Program-made: the position numbers and the translations under genes
NCBI GenBank assembly: GCA_951406725.2
Contig: OX597819.1
Span: forward strand, 134,664,001 to 134,728,000
Length of the DNA stretch: 64,000 nt
Direction of reading: 5' to 3'
From: Octopus vulgaris
Lineage: Eukaryota
Part shown: positions 12,131 through 27,569 of the stretch, piece after piece
How positions within the stretch are numbered: the first letter of the stretch is position 1
How the letters are laid out: each line of letters opens with the position of its first letter
The notes under the pieces: generated by a model
Told to the model about the DNA's origin: nothing
The model's input: the letters and a program-made list of their open reading frames with translations, nothing else
The model's database searches: none

Positions 12131-14066
12131 GATCCCTCTGACTTCTCTAATGGCTGACCAGGCCTGCATGACTCAAATCATTTCCTTCTACAAATCCCAC
12201 ACCTAAAAAAACAATACACTTTCGTTTTCTATACCGACCTACCCACCAGCGGCATATGGTGGTGGTTGTATTGGGTGTGTTGCCATACCCAATGCCTCCA
12301 AATTTCAAGCAGAGGTATAACAACAGTTTTCTATTAAGATTTGTGATTAAATTAATGAGTAACGCTGGTATTTATAAGGAATTTTCCATTTTCGATGGGT
12401 GTGCAGCGCACCCGGAATAGACGTCCCTAATGCGCGCGCGCGCACACACACACACGTTTGTATGCATATCAGATATATACAAATTATATACACTCCCATT
12501 TACATGTGTGTGTATGAATTGTATAAACGGTTAGTTTACCTTTGAAGTCCATCTACCTGTTGTTGCATGTTTAATCTTCCATGAAACAAGTTATAACAAC
12601 TAATTATATCGTCGTTATAACTTGTTTTTTTTTAAAGACGAGTGTAATAGCTATTTTGTTGATAATAAATGGATTCTTTTTCCCCCCAAACCCCTTTAAA
12701 AACCTATTCTTTTTTTTTTAACTGTTTACTTGTGTAAATTATGTTTTGTTTCACTTAAAGAAATCTTAAATCTGAATAATATCTCCAAAACATACGAGTG
12801 GGGTGTTGTAACGTTGATACACTGCGCAAGGACCCAGTTAGTTCTTTATTGTAGCCTTTTAGTTCATTTAGAAAATATAGCCAGCACCACAGCATCTACT
12901 AGCTTCCAATATTAGATAAAGAAATATTTATTTAATATTGGATGGTAGTGAATAATACGTAGTCGCTCGAAAAAAGTTAAGCGGGAAGGCAGTGCCTGTG
13001 AACCTGTACAGGACCTTTGGGACTAAGGGAGAGAGAGAGAGAGAGGACGATATCTTCCAAACATGGCCTGAATATTTGCAAGAGTCAATGAATTTCATTA
13101 AAAGCACCCAAGGTGTCTTGGGATCGAGTCTAACCAAGGCAGTATTTGAACTCATAAAGCAAAAATCCGAAATAATTATCACAAAGCATCCAGTTCTGTG
13201 TTCTTACAGTTTTGCTAGAAATAACAGCCAAATGCACCCTCTTCCCCAATTCACCCCCCACTTTTATGGAGTACACACTGAAAAATTGCAGTTTCTTTAT
13301 ATTTCTACTATAAGTTGTTTTTTTTTTTAATTATCTGTATTAAGTAATCGACGTGCTTTTCTGTGTGCAAATCATTGAAGGTTTATAGAATAATTAGTGA
13401 CAATATTTGATAAATCACTTGACTAGACTTTTCTCCTCTCATCTCCAAGAAGAAACGTAATTTTTGTTACATTTATAATTTCGTAAACGAACACGATATG
13501 AATAAAAGCTATGACACTGAAATCTCCCTCAAGGACATTGGCAATGTATAAAAGAACTTTAAGGGGTTGGTTTCCAACTTAAAATAGGAGACGTCGAAGT
13601 CTGAATGAAATAATTTATTAAATCAAGACTGTTGAAAGGGACAGGGCCAGTGTTAGGCTACTCTTCAAGGTCCCTTTATTAGTATATTCTTTTCCTTTCA
13701 TTGAAATAACAAAACCGGATATAACAAGACAAAGTGGGAACCTCTTTGACCCGATACAAATGTTTACAAGATTATTCACCACAGAGAAGGAGCACATACT
13801 AGAGGTGATCACAGCCTAAATATCTTTAATCGTAAGTCTGCTCGATCAAGTCTGGCCTTGGGCTAAATAATACCAACCACACGAAATAAAAAGCCAATCC
13901 TTCCTTTATCTGGCTGAGTTCGTCTATACACGGATAGGAATGCCTTGAATTCATCAGGTTACGTCTTGATTATCACATATCATTGTGTCCTCAATAGGTG
14001 TGTCTGCTACCCGGATTTCAACGAGTGCTATTCTTTTCTTTTTCCTGCGTTAGAAAGGAGAATGAC

Positions 14067-14113
<47 letters not shown>

Positions 14114-14371
14114 ATATATGTATATATGTATGTATGTATATATCATTGCATTCAAGACACATTCCACTTCGTTTACTCATTTCCTTTCCTTAAGCTGATG
14201 TCTTATTTCTACAAATGCATGCTAGGAGGAGGCGGAGGGGTCACTGTTGTCGGTGGCGGCTCCTCCTGTTCAAATAACATACATATATGTCCAAACATAA
14301 GCTTAAACGTTCTGACACCTGCCCCCCACCACCACACCAAGAGAGCTCTAACATGAAGCTCCTACATACAT

Positions 14372-14471
14372 NNNNNNNNNNNNNNNNNNNNNNNNNNNNN
14401 NNNNNNNNNNNNNNNNNNNNNNNNNNNNNNNNNNNNNNNNNNNNNNNNNNNNNNNNNNNNNNNNNNNNNNN
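14372..14471. other. Assembly gap (100 N)
   Basis: Run of N. Confidence 1.
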
Positions 14472-17289
14472 TTGAACTGAGCGGTCGTCGGCATCTTCAC
14501 TATCTCGTCCGGCAGCTTATTCCACGGATCCGCAACCCAGACGGAGAAAGCCCCTCTCCTTCGATTGAGATGAAATCGTCACCAGATAGAGCTTTTCGGA
14601 GTGACCCCGCAGCCGACGTTCTGGAGCAGCAGTGAAGAACAGCTCTTTCAAGAGGTTACCTTTCCGCTTATGATGTTGTGAGCAAGAATGAGATCACCAC
14701 GGCGTCATCGTTTTTCTAGAGAATAAAGGTCGAGCGTCTTCAGCCTTTCTTCATAAGACAAATGCTTGAGACCAAGAACCATGCGGGTAGCCAGCTTCTG
14801 GACTCTTTCGAGATGATGTATGTCTTTGAGGAGATAAGGAGAAGAGGCTTGAATCCCGTACTCCAATATGGGTCTCACCAGCGTGACATAGAGCGGTAGG
14901 AATATGGCTGCTGTGAGCATTCCGAATGACCGTCGAATCAAAAACAGAACTCCGCGTGCTTTGTTGGCAGCATGGACGCATTGGGCCAAAGGCGAAAAGG
15001 AAGAATCCACCAAGATACCCAGGTCCTTTACCTGGTTGGTTTTCTCCAGCAGCACACGACCCGGCTCGAAATCAAGTTGAGTTGCAGGAGAGGAGCCAAC
15101 AGGCAGATGACAGTACTTTGACACGTTCAGACACAGGTCCCATTCGTTAGACCATCTCCAAACTTGGTGGAGGCATCGACGAAGATCATCTATATCACTG
15201 CGAGGAGCGACCAGTTTGACATCATCGGCAAATAGAAGGGTGTGTTGTGTGAGGTGCGTCGAACCCCGTCATTGTGATGAAGACTAAAAATAATAACGGC
15301 CCAAGCACTGAACCTTGAGGCCCGCATACTGCTCGCACTGGAGACGTCAGACAGCGAACCATTAACTTGGACTTGGAAGGAGGCGATCTGAGAGGAAGGC
15401 ACCAACCCATCGTACAATATCCGGATGGAAACGATATGCTTGAAGCTTGACAAGTAATAGGCGGTGGTTTAACCGAGTCAAAGGCTTTGGCAAAGTCCAA
15501 TAAAACGATGTCAACAGCATCACCATCATCCAGGATATGCGTCACCAATTCTTCCATTACCAGTAAGCTGGTCAAGCATGATCTCTTCGGCACGAAGCCG
15601 TGTTGGGAATCAGAGATAGAGGCTGTGTTTTGGAGGTGGAGCAACATACTTTTCTTGAAGATGGTTTCGAACATCTTGCTGATTATTGAAGTAAGGAAAA
15701 CCGGTCGGTAGTTAAGCGGGTCTTCGTGGCTCCCTTTCTTGAAAATTGAGCTGATTATCGCTGTTCTCCAGTCCGCAGGTATAACACCCGTCACCAATGA
15801 CATATTGAATAGACGTGTTAAAGGCTCGGAGATGACCGGAGCCAACGCTTTGATAACCCGTGGGTGTATGCCGTCAGGGCCGTGACCCTTGTTAATATCG
15901 AGGCCTTGAATAACGCGTTCGACTTCGTCACGAGTGATGACCAATCTAGGCATTGGAGGTACCGATCTATCAAATGGAGGGGGTTCACAACCATCATCTG
16001 GTTTGAAAATTGTTGAAAAAGCCTCGACAAATAACTGACTCTGCTGATAAGGGTCCTCAATCGATACGCCTGTTGAGTCCACCAACGTTGCAATTTGGTT
16101 GTTCAAGCGGGAATTCCGTTGGACATGGGCAAAGAAGGTTTTTGGATTGCGACTGGCATTTGCCGTGATTCTGTATTCATATCTGAAGCGTTCTTTCTTT
16201 TCAATTTTCACGGCTTGGTCTCTTTGAGTTTTGTACACCTCAAAAACTGCAGTTGAATCTAGATTTTTGAATTCAGCCCAAGCAATATCTCTGAGTCAAA
16301 GTTCTCGTTTAACCTTCTTCGTCACCCAGGGCTTGTGTTTCTTCTTCTTGGGAAGCCCAACGGGAACTGCTTGGTCAGTCAATCAGATTACATATGCTTT
16401 GAGGGACGACCATAGTTCGTCAACTGAGGACATCGTCATCAGGGATCACCAGTCCAGAAGCACAGAAGCCTCAGTTAGAATTTCAAGATTGATTGCAGAG
16501 AAGACTCTACGTGGCAGCGAAGTAGTCATGGGCGTAGAAAAAGTTGTGTGCATGTCGAACTTCAGGACCGCCTGATCACTCTTGGCAAGAGGGGTGCACA
16601 CAGATAAGCCTGACACTGATCTTGGATAGCGGGAGAATACCAGATCCAGCATAGATGACTGCTGCCCAGACCGATGCCTTGTCGGAGATTCAACATGTTG
16701 CGATAGAAAACAATCTTTAGCCACATCAAGAAGGGCCTGGTCGAACCGGGAAGATGATGTACAAATTGATGCGGGCCAGTCGATCGTGGGAGCGTTGAAG
16801 TCTCCTAATGTCAAACAGTCATGAGAAGATGAAACGAATCTTATCACTTCGAGTAAATGAGCATCGTCCTGGGGGTCGGCAAGAGGCGGCCTGTAGACAG
16901 CTAACACGGGCAGGCAAAACCCAGATAGGCTCAGCTTGTAATAGACGGCATCGAATTTTGTTGTAGGTTGAGCATTAGTGGGTAGAATACAGCTGGACAG
17001 TTTGAGATCAGATTTAACATACACAGCAACACCTCCACCTCGCCTTTTTTCTCTGTCACATCTGAAGAGGGCGTAACCCTGCAGGTGGATTTCTGAGTCC
17101 TTTACTGCTGGAGTCAGCCAAGTCTCGGTGATAGCTATCACATCAGGGGAGTCACGTATGGCCAGTGTAAATAATTCGCTGAACTTTGGAAATAAGGAGC
17201 ACAAGTTCGTATAGATGATGCTGAGCTGTGAAGTTTGAGGGGCGGGAGTTGGGGAACAAGCAGAATAAGGGGTATCAGAGACAGCATTG
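14472..17289 (-). mobile_element. CR1/L2-like LINE, duplicate of 1081-4011
   Basis: APE ORF 16446-17471 open here; RT has several indels at about 15250-15475. Confidence 0.92.
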
Positions 17290-17886
17290 TATGTATATGT
17301 ATGTATATATATGTGTGTGTGTGTATATGCATGTATATATGTGTATATATACATATGTCTCCTTCCTTCTCCCCTTCCCCTCTCCTCCTCTTCTCTCCTT
17401 CCTTCTCCCCCTTCCCTCTCCTCCTTCCTCCCCTCTTTTCTTCTCCCCTTCTCCCCCTCCCCCCATCTCATCTCACTCTTACCCCTCCTTCTTTCCTTCT
17501 CCCCTCCCCCTTACTCTCACCTTTCCTCTTCTCCCTCCTCCCTTCCCCTCTCACCCTTCCCCCTAATCTCCCCCTCCTCCTCCACTTTCTCTCACTCTCC
17601 CCCTCATCTCCCCTCTCTACACTACACCATACGACATTACACATCACATCATACATACATACATACACACGTCCAGACCTTTCATACGCACCACATACTC
17701 TCTCATACACACACACGCACCCTTATGTTGGGGCAAAGTCATTTGACCCTGTTATCTCCCCTATTTTCGCTCTTGCGTCTCACGTTTGGTCTCTGACTTC
17801 TGGCCAGAATCGCCATGTTGAATCGCTAGCTTCTGCACACATTTTTTTTTCTCTCCTTGTATCTCTCAGTGTTTCTTTTCTGTGTA

Positions 17887-17924
17887 TCTTTCTGTTGAAG
17901 AGCGTAGGCTCGAAACGTAAAAGA
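17887..17924 (+). ncRNA. Duplicate of the hammerhead-like motif at 4617-4654
   Basis: Identical sequence. Confidence 0.55.
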
Positions 17925-18021
17925 CCTGTTTTATTTATATTCCTGAGCGCCATACTAATACAATTGTTTGTTTGTACTCCACCTGCCTTCGTCTTTTGTT
18001 TATTTTCATAAAGCTTCCCAT

Positions 18022-18063
<42 letters not shown>

Positions 18064-19722
18064 ACATATATAAAAGTATGAGAATGGATGAGGGTAGCTG
18101 TGTGAAAAGGTGCCACACCCTAGCAGTTGAGAGAACCTATAGAAGAGGTAGACCCAGGAAGACCTGGGATGAGGTGATGAAGCACAACCTTTGAACATTA
18201 GGCCTCACTGAGACAATGACTAGTGACCGGGACCTTTGGAAATATGCTGTACTTGAGGAGACCCGGCCAGCCGAGGGAGACCATAACTTCATGGCCTATG
18301 CCAGGGGTATAACCAGCCCACTTATGCATACCTTTCCTTCATTGGACACTAAACTCTGCTTGCGAAGACCTGTTGAGGCTAGTAAAATCAACATCAAATT
18401 CGATGACCGGCATCCGTGCTAGTGGAGCGCTAAGAGTACCCTCTGAGCGTGATCGTTGCCAGACCAAGACACTGGCTTCCGTGCCGGTGGCACATAAAAA
18501 GCACTGTTCGAGGGTGATCGTTACCTGCATCACTTTACTGGCATGTGAAAAAACATTTGAGTGAGGTTGTTGCCAGTGCTGCTGGACTGACTCCTGTGCT
18601 GGTGGCACATAAAAGCACCCACTACATTCTTGGAGTGGTTGGTGTTAGGAAGGGCATCCAGCTGTAGAAACTCTGCCAGATCAGATTGGAGCCTGGTGCA
18701 GCCATCTGGTTCACCAGTCCTCAGTCAAATCATCCAGCCCATGCTAGCATGGAAAGCGGACGTTAAAAGATGATGATAATGATGTATATATATGTATATA
18801 TATGCATACATGTATATATATATGTATATATACATATAAACATATATATATCATCATCATCATCACGGACGCTAAACGATGATGATGATGATGATGATCA
18901 TCATCATCATCATCATCATCATCGTTTAACGTCCGTTTTCCGCGCTAGCACGGGTTGGACGGTTTCGACCGGGGTCTGGGGAGCTAGGGACTGCCCCAGG
19001 CTCCAGTCTAGTCTGGCAGTGTTTCTACAGCTGGATGCCCTTCCTAACGCCAACCACTCCGCGAGTGTAGTGGGTGCTTTTTACGTGCCACCTACACAGG
19101 TGCCAGAGGGGTCTGGCATCGGCCACGTTCGGATGGTGCTTTTATGTGGGGGGGGGCAGAAATATATAGGGGAGCACCAGTGGGGAGGGGTGGTTCAGAG
19201 AAATGATGACAGGTTCTAGGCAAGTAGAACGTAGGATATCAAGAGAGGGGTAATGCATGGTGAAATAGCGTATTGAAGAGGGGGGTTCGAAGAGTAGACA
19301 CCTATAATGGTGGTGGGAGAAGCGACATCCGGTATAGATGGAGCAAAAATATAGAGATATCCGGTATTGGTGGTGGGGGTGGGCAAGGGCGGGTGCACCG
19401 GGAATATGCGAAGGTTGAACTGACGGGCTGGCTTAAAAATGCTCTTAGCAATGGAAGGGGGAATGGCAGACAACGTAAGAGAGAGAGAGAGAGAAAGAAG
19501 GGAACAGTGGAACCCCGCGAAAATGGGCCGCCATTGAAAAAAAAACCCCTGTATGGAGAAATAATATGCAATACGAGGCGAAGCTTCATATGAATTACTC
19601 TATAGAGTTGCAGTGTTGTGTGAGAGTGGCAATGCTGTATGGGCGTGAGACATGGTGTCTGGGGGAGAGACGGCAATTTTGAGAAGGACCAAGGGAGCAA
19701 TGGTGAGAGAGATGTGTGGAGT

Positions 19723-20006
19723 AAGTCGACCTTAGCGGAATTTGAACTCAGAACGTAACGGCAGATGAAATACCTATTTCTTTACTACCCACCTAGGCGC
19801 TATACACAGAGGAGACAAACAAGAACAGACAAACGGATTAAGTCGATTACATCGACCCCAGTGCATAACTGGTACTTAATTTATCGACCCCGAAAGGATG
19901 AGAGGCAAAGTCGACCTCGGCGGGATTTGAACTCACGACGTAACGGCAGACGAAATACAGCTACGCATTTCGTCCGGCATGCTAACGTTTCTGCCAGCTC
20001 GCCGCC
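19723..20006 (-). mobile_element. tRNA-derived SINE (duplicate of 6447-6729)
   Basis: Same A/B boxes and central domain. Confidence 0.8.
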
Positions 20007-20955
20007 TTGAAGAAGAACCCATGGTTTCTGCAAGCTCTTTGGAACCAGCAAGATTGGTGTTGTTAACATATTCAGTAGAAACTATTGACAGTCAACACTG
20101 GCAGGAAGGAGAGCAAAGAAGGAGTTCCAGAAGACCAACATTCTGGGGAGGAAGGACTGGGTGTAGTGATTAGTGTGGGTTCCAAGTGGTTGGACAAAAC
20201 ATGGCTGAGGAGAAAAATCACAAGTGGTTCGGGAATGCCTATGAGGGAAGGGGCACAAGACCAGCCAGTTCCTAGGATTATCATCATCATCGGTGACATG
20301 TAAAAAGCACCATCCGAATCGTGGCCGAAGCCAGTGCCGCCTCGACTGGCTTCCGTGCAGGTGGCACGTAAAATGCACCAATCCGATCCGTGGCCGACGC
20401 CAGCCTTGCCTGGCTCCAGTGCAGGTGGCACGTAAAAAGCACCCACTACACTCACGGAGTGGTTGGCGTTAGGAAGGGCATCCACCTGTAGAGACATTGC
20501 CAGATAAGACCGGAGCCTAGAGCAGCCTTCTGGCTTCCCAGATCCCCGGTCGAACCGTCCAACCCATGCCAGCACGGAGAACGGACGTTAAACGACGATG
20601 ATGATGATGATGATCACCATCATTTAACTTCCGTATTCCATACTGGCATGGGTTAGATGATTCAATAGGAACCAACAAGCCAAAGAACGGTGCCAAGCTC
20701 CAATGTCTGCTTTGGCATGGCTTCTACAACTGGGTGCCCCTCCTAATGCCAACCACTTCACAGGGTGTACTGGATACTTTTTTAAGTGGCACAGGCACTA
20801 GTGAGATCACCAAGTAACTCACATGACAAGACCCATATATATATGGAAAGAAACAGAAAGAGATGTATATATATATGTTTATATGTATATATGTGTATAT
20901 GTATGTGTATGTATGTATATGTGTATATATATATGTGTGTGTATATGTGTATATA

Positions 20956-20987
<32 letters not shown>

Positions 20988-22013
20988 CTAGCATTAAAGA
21001 CCTGTCGTTGCCGGGTCATAGTGCTAGTGCATGTATATATGTGTATATATATATGTACATATTACATGTACATCTATATATATACATCTACACATAAAAT
21101 ACAAATACAAAGTTATATCTTGATATCGCTAGTGATAACAATACTCAAAATAAATAACAGAGTGGAATTGTTAGCCCGTCTCTTGTAATTTCGATCAATT
21201 GTATCTTGTCCTCTCTCTTGTATAGAAGTGTGGCTATAATCCAGCCTACTTCTACTTCGGGGAGGGGGGGGGGCATTAAAAATTTTTTTTCCTGGACGTC
21301 CGACGTCCCAGATATAAAGGTAAAAATAAAATATTTCCACTTTGCAAGTTCGAGTCGAGTACTCCCTTGCACGCTCCGTTGACTCGAACCTTGCTTCTAC
21401 TGTGGCGAATTTACCGTCTCTGATTAGATACCTTTCATAGTCGCACCAAGACACTTTTCGAAGGTGCTTTCCTCCATGTGTTCAAATCTTCTTTTTTCTC
21501 TACATTGTATACTTTATAGACAATAGTCTTTTCTTTAATTTGATTTTTTATTATCCATCTGGACTATTCCATTTCTGCACGCTAATTTTATTTTCAATTT
21601 ATTCCCATTCATGTGAAACCACTTATTCAAGTTCAAATCATTGATGCAATTTTATACCAATTGCTATTTTTACTTTTGTCATGTTACTTTAGTTTGATTT
21701 TAATTATTACTTACTACATATAATTCAATTGTTATTATTATTTTTATTGTTAAAGTGAAAGTATCTGACATAAAATAGAGAAACGTTTTTGTTTCACTTT
21801 TAACACGTAATACTGAAATAGTGGAGAAGATATGATTTTGCTATGGGCTCGCTCTAGGCAAGAAGTTGAACTTTTTTTTGCCCATGAAACTACATGGACC
21901 CTAAGTAAGGCATGTGTAGAATTTGAATGGAATTGGTTGTGTAGTTCTCAAGTTTTAGGGAAACACACAGACAGACAGACAGACACACATTCTCAGTTTT
22001 ATATATATAAAGA
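20988..22013 (-). mobile_element. Non-autonomous Helitron-like element (duplicate of 8022-9059)
   Basis: Same TC/CTAG termini and hairpin. Confidence 0.7.
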
Positions 22014-24314
22014 TATATATATATATCAAACTCTCTCATGCACCAAATGTCAATCGCTAAAATGCATTCGTGAAGTAAAATCATGTAGCAACACCGAATG
22101 GCAGTGCCCCAGCATGGCCACAGCTCGTGAGCTGAAATTTAATAAAATAAAATAAAAAAAATATATATGTATATGCATGTATATATGTATGTATATGCAC
22201 ATATATATGTATGTATATGCACATATATATGTATATATATGTATATGTATATGCACATATATATGTATATATATGTATATGTATATGCACATATATATGT
22301 ATATATATGTATATGTATATATATATGTATATGTATATATGTATATGCATATATATATATATATATATATATACTAGCAGTATCGCCCGGCGTTGCTCAG
22401 GTTTGTAAGGGAAATATTGTGTGTGTGTGTATATATATACATATATGTATATGTATGTGCATATATATATGTTATCATCGTTTAGCGTCCGCTTTCCATG
22501 CTAGCATGGGTTGGACGGTTCAACTGGGGTCTGGGAAGCCAGAAGGATGTACCGGGCCCAGGCTGATCTGGCAATGTTTCTATGGCTGGATGCCCTTCCT
22601 AACGCCAACCACTCTGTGAGTGTAGTGGGTGCTTTCTATGTGCCACCGGCACTGGGTGCCAAACAAGGCTGGTAAACGGCCACGATCGGATGGTGCTTTT
22701 TAAGTGCCACCGGTACAGGTGCCAGACAAGGCTGGCAAACGGCCACAATCGGATGGTGCTTTTTACGTGCCACCGGCATGGAGGCCAGTCAGGGTATATA
22801 TGTGTGTGTGTGTGTATTTAATTCATTTTTGCTCCCTTGTGCTAACGGAGTGTAATTTGAAGTGGTTTTTAGAGTCTATTAACATCTATCTCTAGCATGA
22901 AGGTTTTGTTTTCAGTACCCTTAATTATAATTATATCTATATAATTATATATTTATATTAACGTTTACCTATATGGTTTGTATTACATGATGCCCACTGA
23001 TAAGATTATTAATTGATTTTTACTCTTAATTATGCCCTCAGCCATAGAGTTAGCCACAAAAGTATCGCAGGTGGTCAAAAACCCTACTGACATCCTAAGA
23101 CTGCAGAATTACCTGAATGCAATATATAAATGGGTAAATGAGAATAATATGCAGTTCATTGATGCAAAATATCAGCCCACAAACAAACTACAGCTGAAGT
23201 ACACAGGATCAGCAGGCAATGTAATCCCAGAGTTAGAGTTGGTTGTGCTACCAGGTAATCCACATGAACAATGATGCAACTTTCCATGCGCACCTTGCTC
23301 AGATGGCAACATTATGCAGGCGGGTGGCAGGTTGTATCCTTCAGGACCAGGAACAATGCTTCTGCTTTGGAGAACCTTTGTCCTCAGTCATCTGGACTTC
23401 TGCTCCCAACCGTGGTCCCCCACAGTGTGTTAAACTAATTGCAGAACTAGAGGTGACCCAATGCCAGTACACAAAGAAGATAGACTCAGTAGAGCACATG
23501 GGCTACTGGGAAAGGTTGAAGGAACTGGGACTCTACTCCCTGGTGAGGAGACGTGAGAGATATGCAGTGCTATACATATGGAAAATAATGGAGGGTCTAG
23601 CTCCAAATTTCGAAATCAAAACTTACAACAATCCCTAAACAGTTTCTTTATATTTCTACTATAAGCCTAATACAGAAGATCCAACGTCATACCATTGCAC
23701 CGTTCACAACATAGTAAATAACTCCTATGGCTACTACATTGGATCTACCACAAATTTTAAACAAAGATATTATGCACATTTAAACTCGTTTAAATATAAA
23801 GAGAATAGCCATTCCACATCACTAGCCAGCCAGATACACCATCTAATTAATAGAAAAATACAATATAACTTTTCCTGGGCTTCTTTTAAGTAGAGTCCAC
23901 AAATGGAGGACTCTACTTAAAAGAAGCCCTCAAAGTTTCAACCCCTAACTTATCACAATTGCTTAAATACAACGAAGCCTTCACTACATGTAAGCACAAA
24001 TTCTGCACTTTTAAGTTCTTTCATAAATGTAATCCCCCCCTCCATGATCATTAGCACCTGCCCCTCTATATTTCTTCTACCTCTTCTTCTATCTACCTTT
24101 CCTCATCAAGGAACCATGAGGTTGGAAAGTAAGCTTCTTACCACGCAGCCACGCCTGCGATGTGGCTACACATTGTCTGAACCACAATACATTCCAGTAA
24201 ATATTAATAAGTCCTTACCAACTTTGTAGCAGTAACATTTGATGGTGGCTGCCATTATTACCATAAAGAGTCAATCCATTGTTTTATTTCTTTATCAGAA
24301 AACAGTATCAATCA

Positions 24315-24350
<36 letters not shown>

Positions 24351-27300
24351 CCAAATATATATAGTGACTGTTTCTTCGTGTACGAGTAAAGTCATTGCTA
24401 GAGAGAGTCATTGATAAATACAATGTGAGGCCCTTATATGACTCTTGAGCCCTGCCAAAGATTTGCACATTTTATTGCATAATGCACAGCTGTGCTGGCT
24501 CGCAGAAGGAACCGCTGCTACAGTATGAAGTCTTTTTAATCCTCCACATATTCTGTTGTGAACAGTAGCCTTATCACAATTCACAAGGTGTTGATTTCTG
24601 GGTCCTACTTAAATACAGGTCCCCACACATCTACGTAACACTAAACCTAACGAGTGCGCACCGTAAAAAACTAATCGTTACGTAGATGCATCGGGACCTC
24701 TGTATTTTAGGAGTGCCGATCCCTCTGACTTCTCTAATGGCTGACCAGGCCTGCATGACTCAAATCATTTCCTTCTACAAATCCCACACCTAAAAAAACA
24801 ATACACTTTCGTTTTCTATACCGACCTACCCACCAGCGGCATATGGTGGTGGTTGTATTGGGTGTGTTGCCATACCCAATGCCTCCAAATTTCAAGCAGA
24901 GGTATAACAACAGTTTTCTATTAAGATTTGTGATTAAATTAATAAGTAACGCTGGTATTTATAAGGAATTTTCCATTTTCGATGGGTGTGCAGCGCACCC
25001 GGAATAGACGTCCCTAATGCGCGCGCGCGCACACACACACACGTTTGTATGCATATCAGATATATACAAATTATATACACTCCCATTTACATGTGTGTGT
25101 ATGAATTGTATAAACGGTTAGTTTACCTTTGAAGTCCATCTACCTGTTGTTGCATGTTTAATCTTCCATGAAACAAGTTATAACAACTAATTATATCGTC
25201 GTTATAACTTGTTTTTTTTTAAAGACGAGTGTAATAGCTATTTTGTTGATAATAAATGGATTCTTTTTCCCCCCAAACCCCTTTAAAAACCTATTCTTTT
25301 TTTTAACTGTTTACTTGTGTAAATTATGTTTTGTTTCACTTAAAGAAATCTTAAATCTGAATAATATCTCCAAAACATACGAGTGGGGTGTTGTAACGTT
25401 GATACACTGCGCAAGGACCCAGTTAGTTCTTTATTGTAGCCTTTTAGTTCATTTAGAAAATATAGCCAGCACCACAGCATCTACTAGCTTCCAATATTAG
25501 ATAAAGAAATATTTATTTAATATTGGATGGTAGTGAATAATACGTAGTCGCTCGAAAAAAGTTAAGCGGGAAGGCAGTGCCTGTGAACCTGTACAGGACC
25601 TTTGGGACTAAGGGAGAGAGAGAGAGAGAGGACGATATCTTCCAAACATGGCCTGAATATTTGCAAGAGTCAATGAATTTCATTAAAAGCACCCAAGGTG
25701 TCTTGGGATCGAGTCTAACCAAGGCAGTATTTGAACTCATAAAGCAAAAATCCGAAATAATTATCACAAAGCATCCAGTTCTGTGTTCTTACAGTTTTGC
25801 TAGAAATAACAGCCAAATGCACCCTCTTCCCCAATTCACCCCCACTTTTATGGAGTACACACTGAAAAATTGCAGTTTCTTTATATTTCTACTATAAGTT
25901 TCTTTTTTTTTTTTAATTATCTGTATTAAGTAATCGACGTGCTTTTCTGTGTGCAAATCATTGAAGGTTTATAGAATAATTAGTGACAATATTTGATAAA
26001 TCACTTGACTAGACTTTTCTCCTCTCATCTCCAAGAAGAAACGTAATTTTTGTTACATTTATAATTTCGTAAACGAACACGATATGAATAAAAGCTATGA
26101 CACTGAAATCTCCCTCAAGGACATTGGCAATGTATAAAAGAACTTTAAGGGGTTGGGTTCCAACTTAAAATAGGAGACGTCGAAGTCTGAATGAAATAAT
26201 TTATTAAATCAAGACTGTTGAAAGGGACAGGGCCAGTGTTAGGCTACCCTTCAAGGTCCCTTTATTAGTATATTCTTTTCCTTTCATTGAAATAACAAAA
26301 CCGGATATAACAAGACAAAGTGGGAACCTCTTTGACCCGATACAAATGTTTACAAGATTATCCACCACAGAGAAGGAGCACATACTAGAGGTGATCACAG
26401 CCTAAATATCTTTAATCATAAGTCTGCTCGATCAAGTCTGGCCTTGGGCTAAATAATACCAACCACACGAAATAAAAAGCCAATCCTTCCTTTATCTGGC
26501 TGAGTTCATCTATACACGGATAGGAATGCCTTGAATTCATCAGGTTACGTCTTGATTATCACATATCATTGTGTCCTCAATAGGTGTGTCTGCTACCCGG
26601 ATTTCAACGAGTGCTATTCTTTTCTTTTTCCTGCGTTAGAAAGGAGAATGACGTACTATATATATATATGTATGTATGTATATATATGTATGTATGTATG
26701 TATATGTATGTATGTATGTATGTATATGTATATATCATTGCTTTCAAGACACATTCCACTTCGTTTACTCATTTCCTTTCCTTAAGCTGATGTCTTATTT
26801 CTACAAATGCATGCTAGGAGGAGGCGGAGGGGTCACTGTTGTCGGTGGCGGCTCCTCCTGTTCAAATAACATACATATATGTCCAAACATAAGCTTAAAC
26901 GTTCTGACACCTGCCCCCCCCACCACCACACCAAGAGAGCTCTAACATGAAGCTCCTACATACATTCTGACCCTCCGAAAACAAATATCCCACCATCGCC
27001 AATGCACACATTTTTGGCACTCTTGACATTTTATAGCCTCTCAGTTACTTTGGGGCCAAGGAACATGATTCTTGATCTAATCCTTGCTCAGTTCACCTCC
27101 CACTGCTTTTATCTTTCTTTACAAGCTGGATGTGACATTTTTCACTTCCAGTTAAGGAGAGCAGTTGCCATTCTTCTGCCATGGCTGTCATCATTGAAGA
27201 CTGTTTTAATGCCCAGTGCAAAACCGATTGGAAAGATCAACCGTAATGGATCAATAATACTTTGATTAATAAACCCATTCTATTGGCAAATATGTAATTG

Positions 27301-27569
27301 CACATGTTTTCTGACTTATGATTTTTAGATATGTGTGTATGTATGTGTGTATGTAAAATAAGGATTTAGATAGAATCAGGTACTTGGAAAAATATGCACC
27401 AGATAGGGTTGGATAAATCTGTGGTTCCGGCTAATGGTTTGTATGCATCAAATAGGATATTCCAGTTGTGTAGTCAGAGAAAAGCAATCCTTTGAGTATT
27501 TAGTGCCTAGGTGCTGGTCCAAAGCATGCATTACGTTGAATTGTACATTGTTGATATATTCTAGGTTGT

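Larger units (their letters stand above)
1201..14371 (+). repeat. Copy 1 of ~13 kb direct duplication
   Basis: Colinear and near-identical to 14472-26964; ends exactly at the N gap. Confidence 0.95.
14472..26964 (+). repeat. Copy 2 of ~13 kb direct duplication (contains duplicates of the elements in 1201-14371)
   Basis: Begins immediately after the gap with ttgaactgagcggtcg (= 1201); matches up to ...aagctcctacatacat (= 14371). Confidence 0.95.

Noticed and set aside
13981-14070. CVLNRCVCYPDFNECY, superficially EGF-like (dup about 26570-26655)
   Set aside because: Cys spacing does not fit EGF, and there is no phase-1 acceptor/donor pair like the real exons
14209-14270. Minus-strand AG followed by EEPPPTTVTPPPPPSMHL-stop, possible terminal exon
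   Set aside because: Short, low-complexity, no supportable upstream exon
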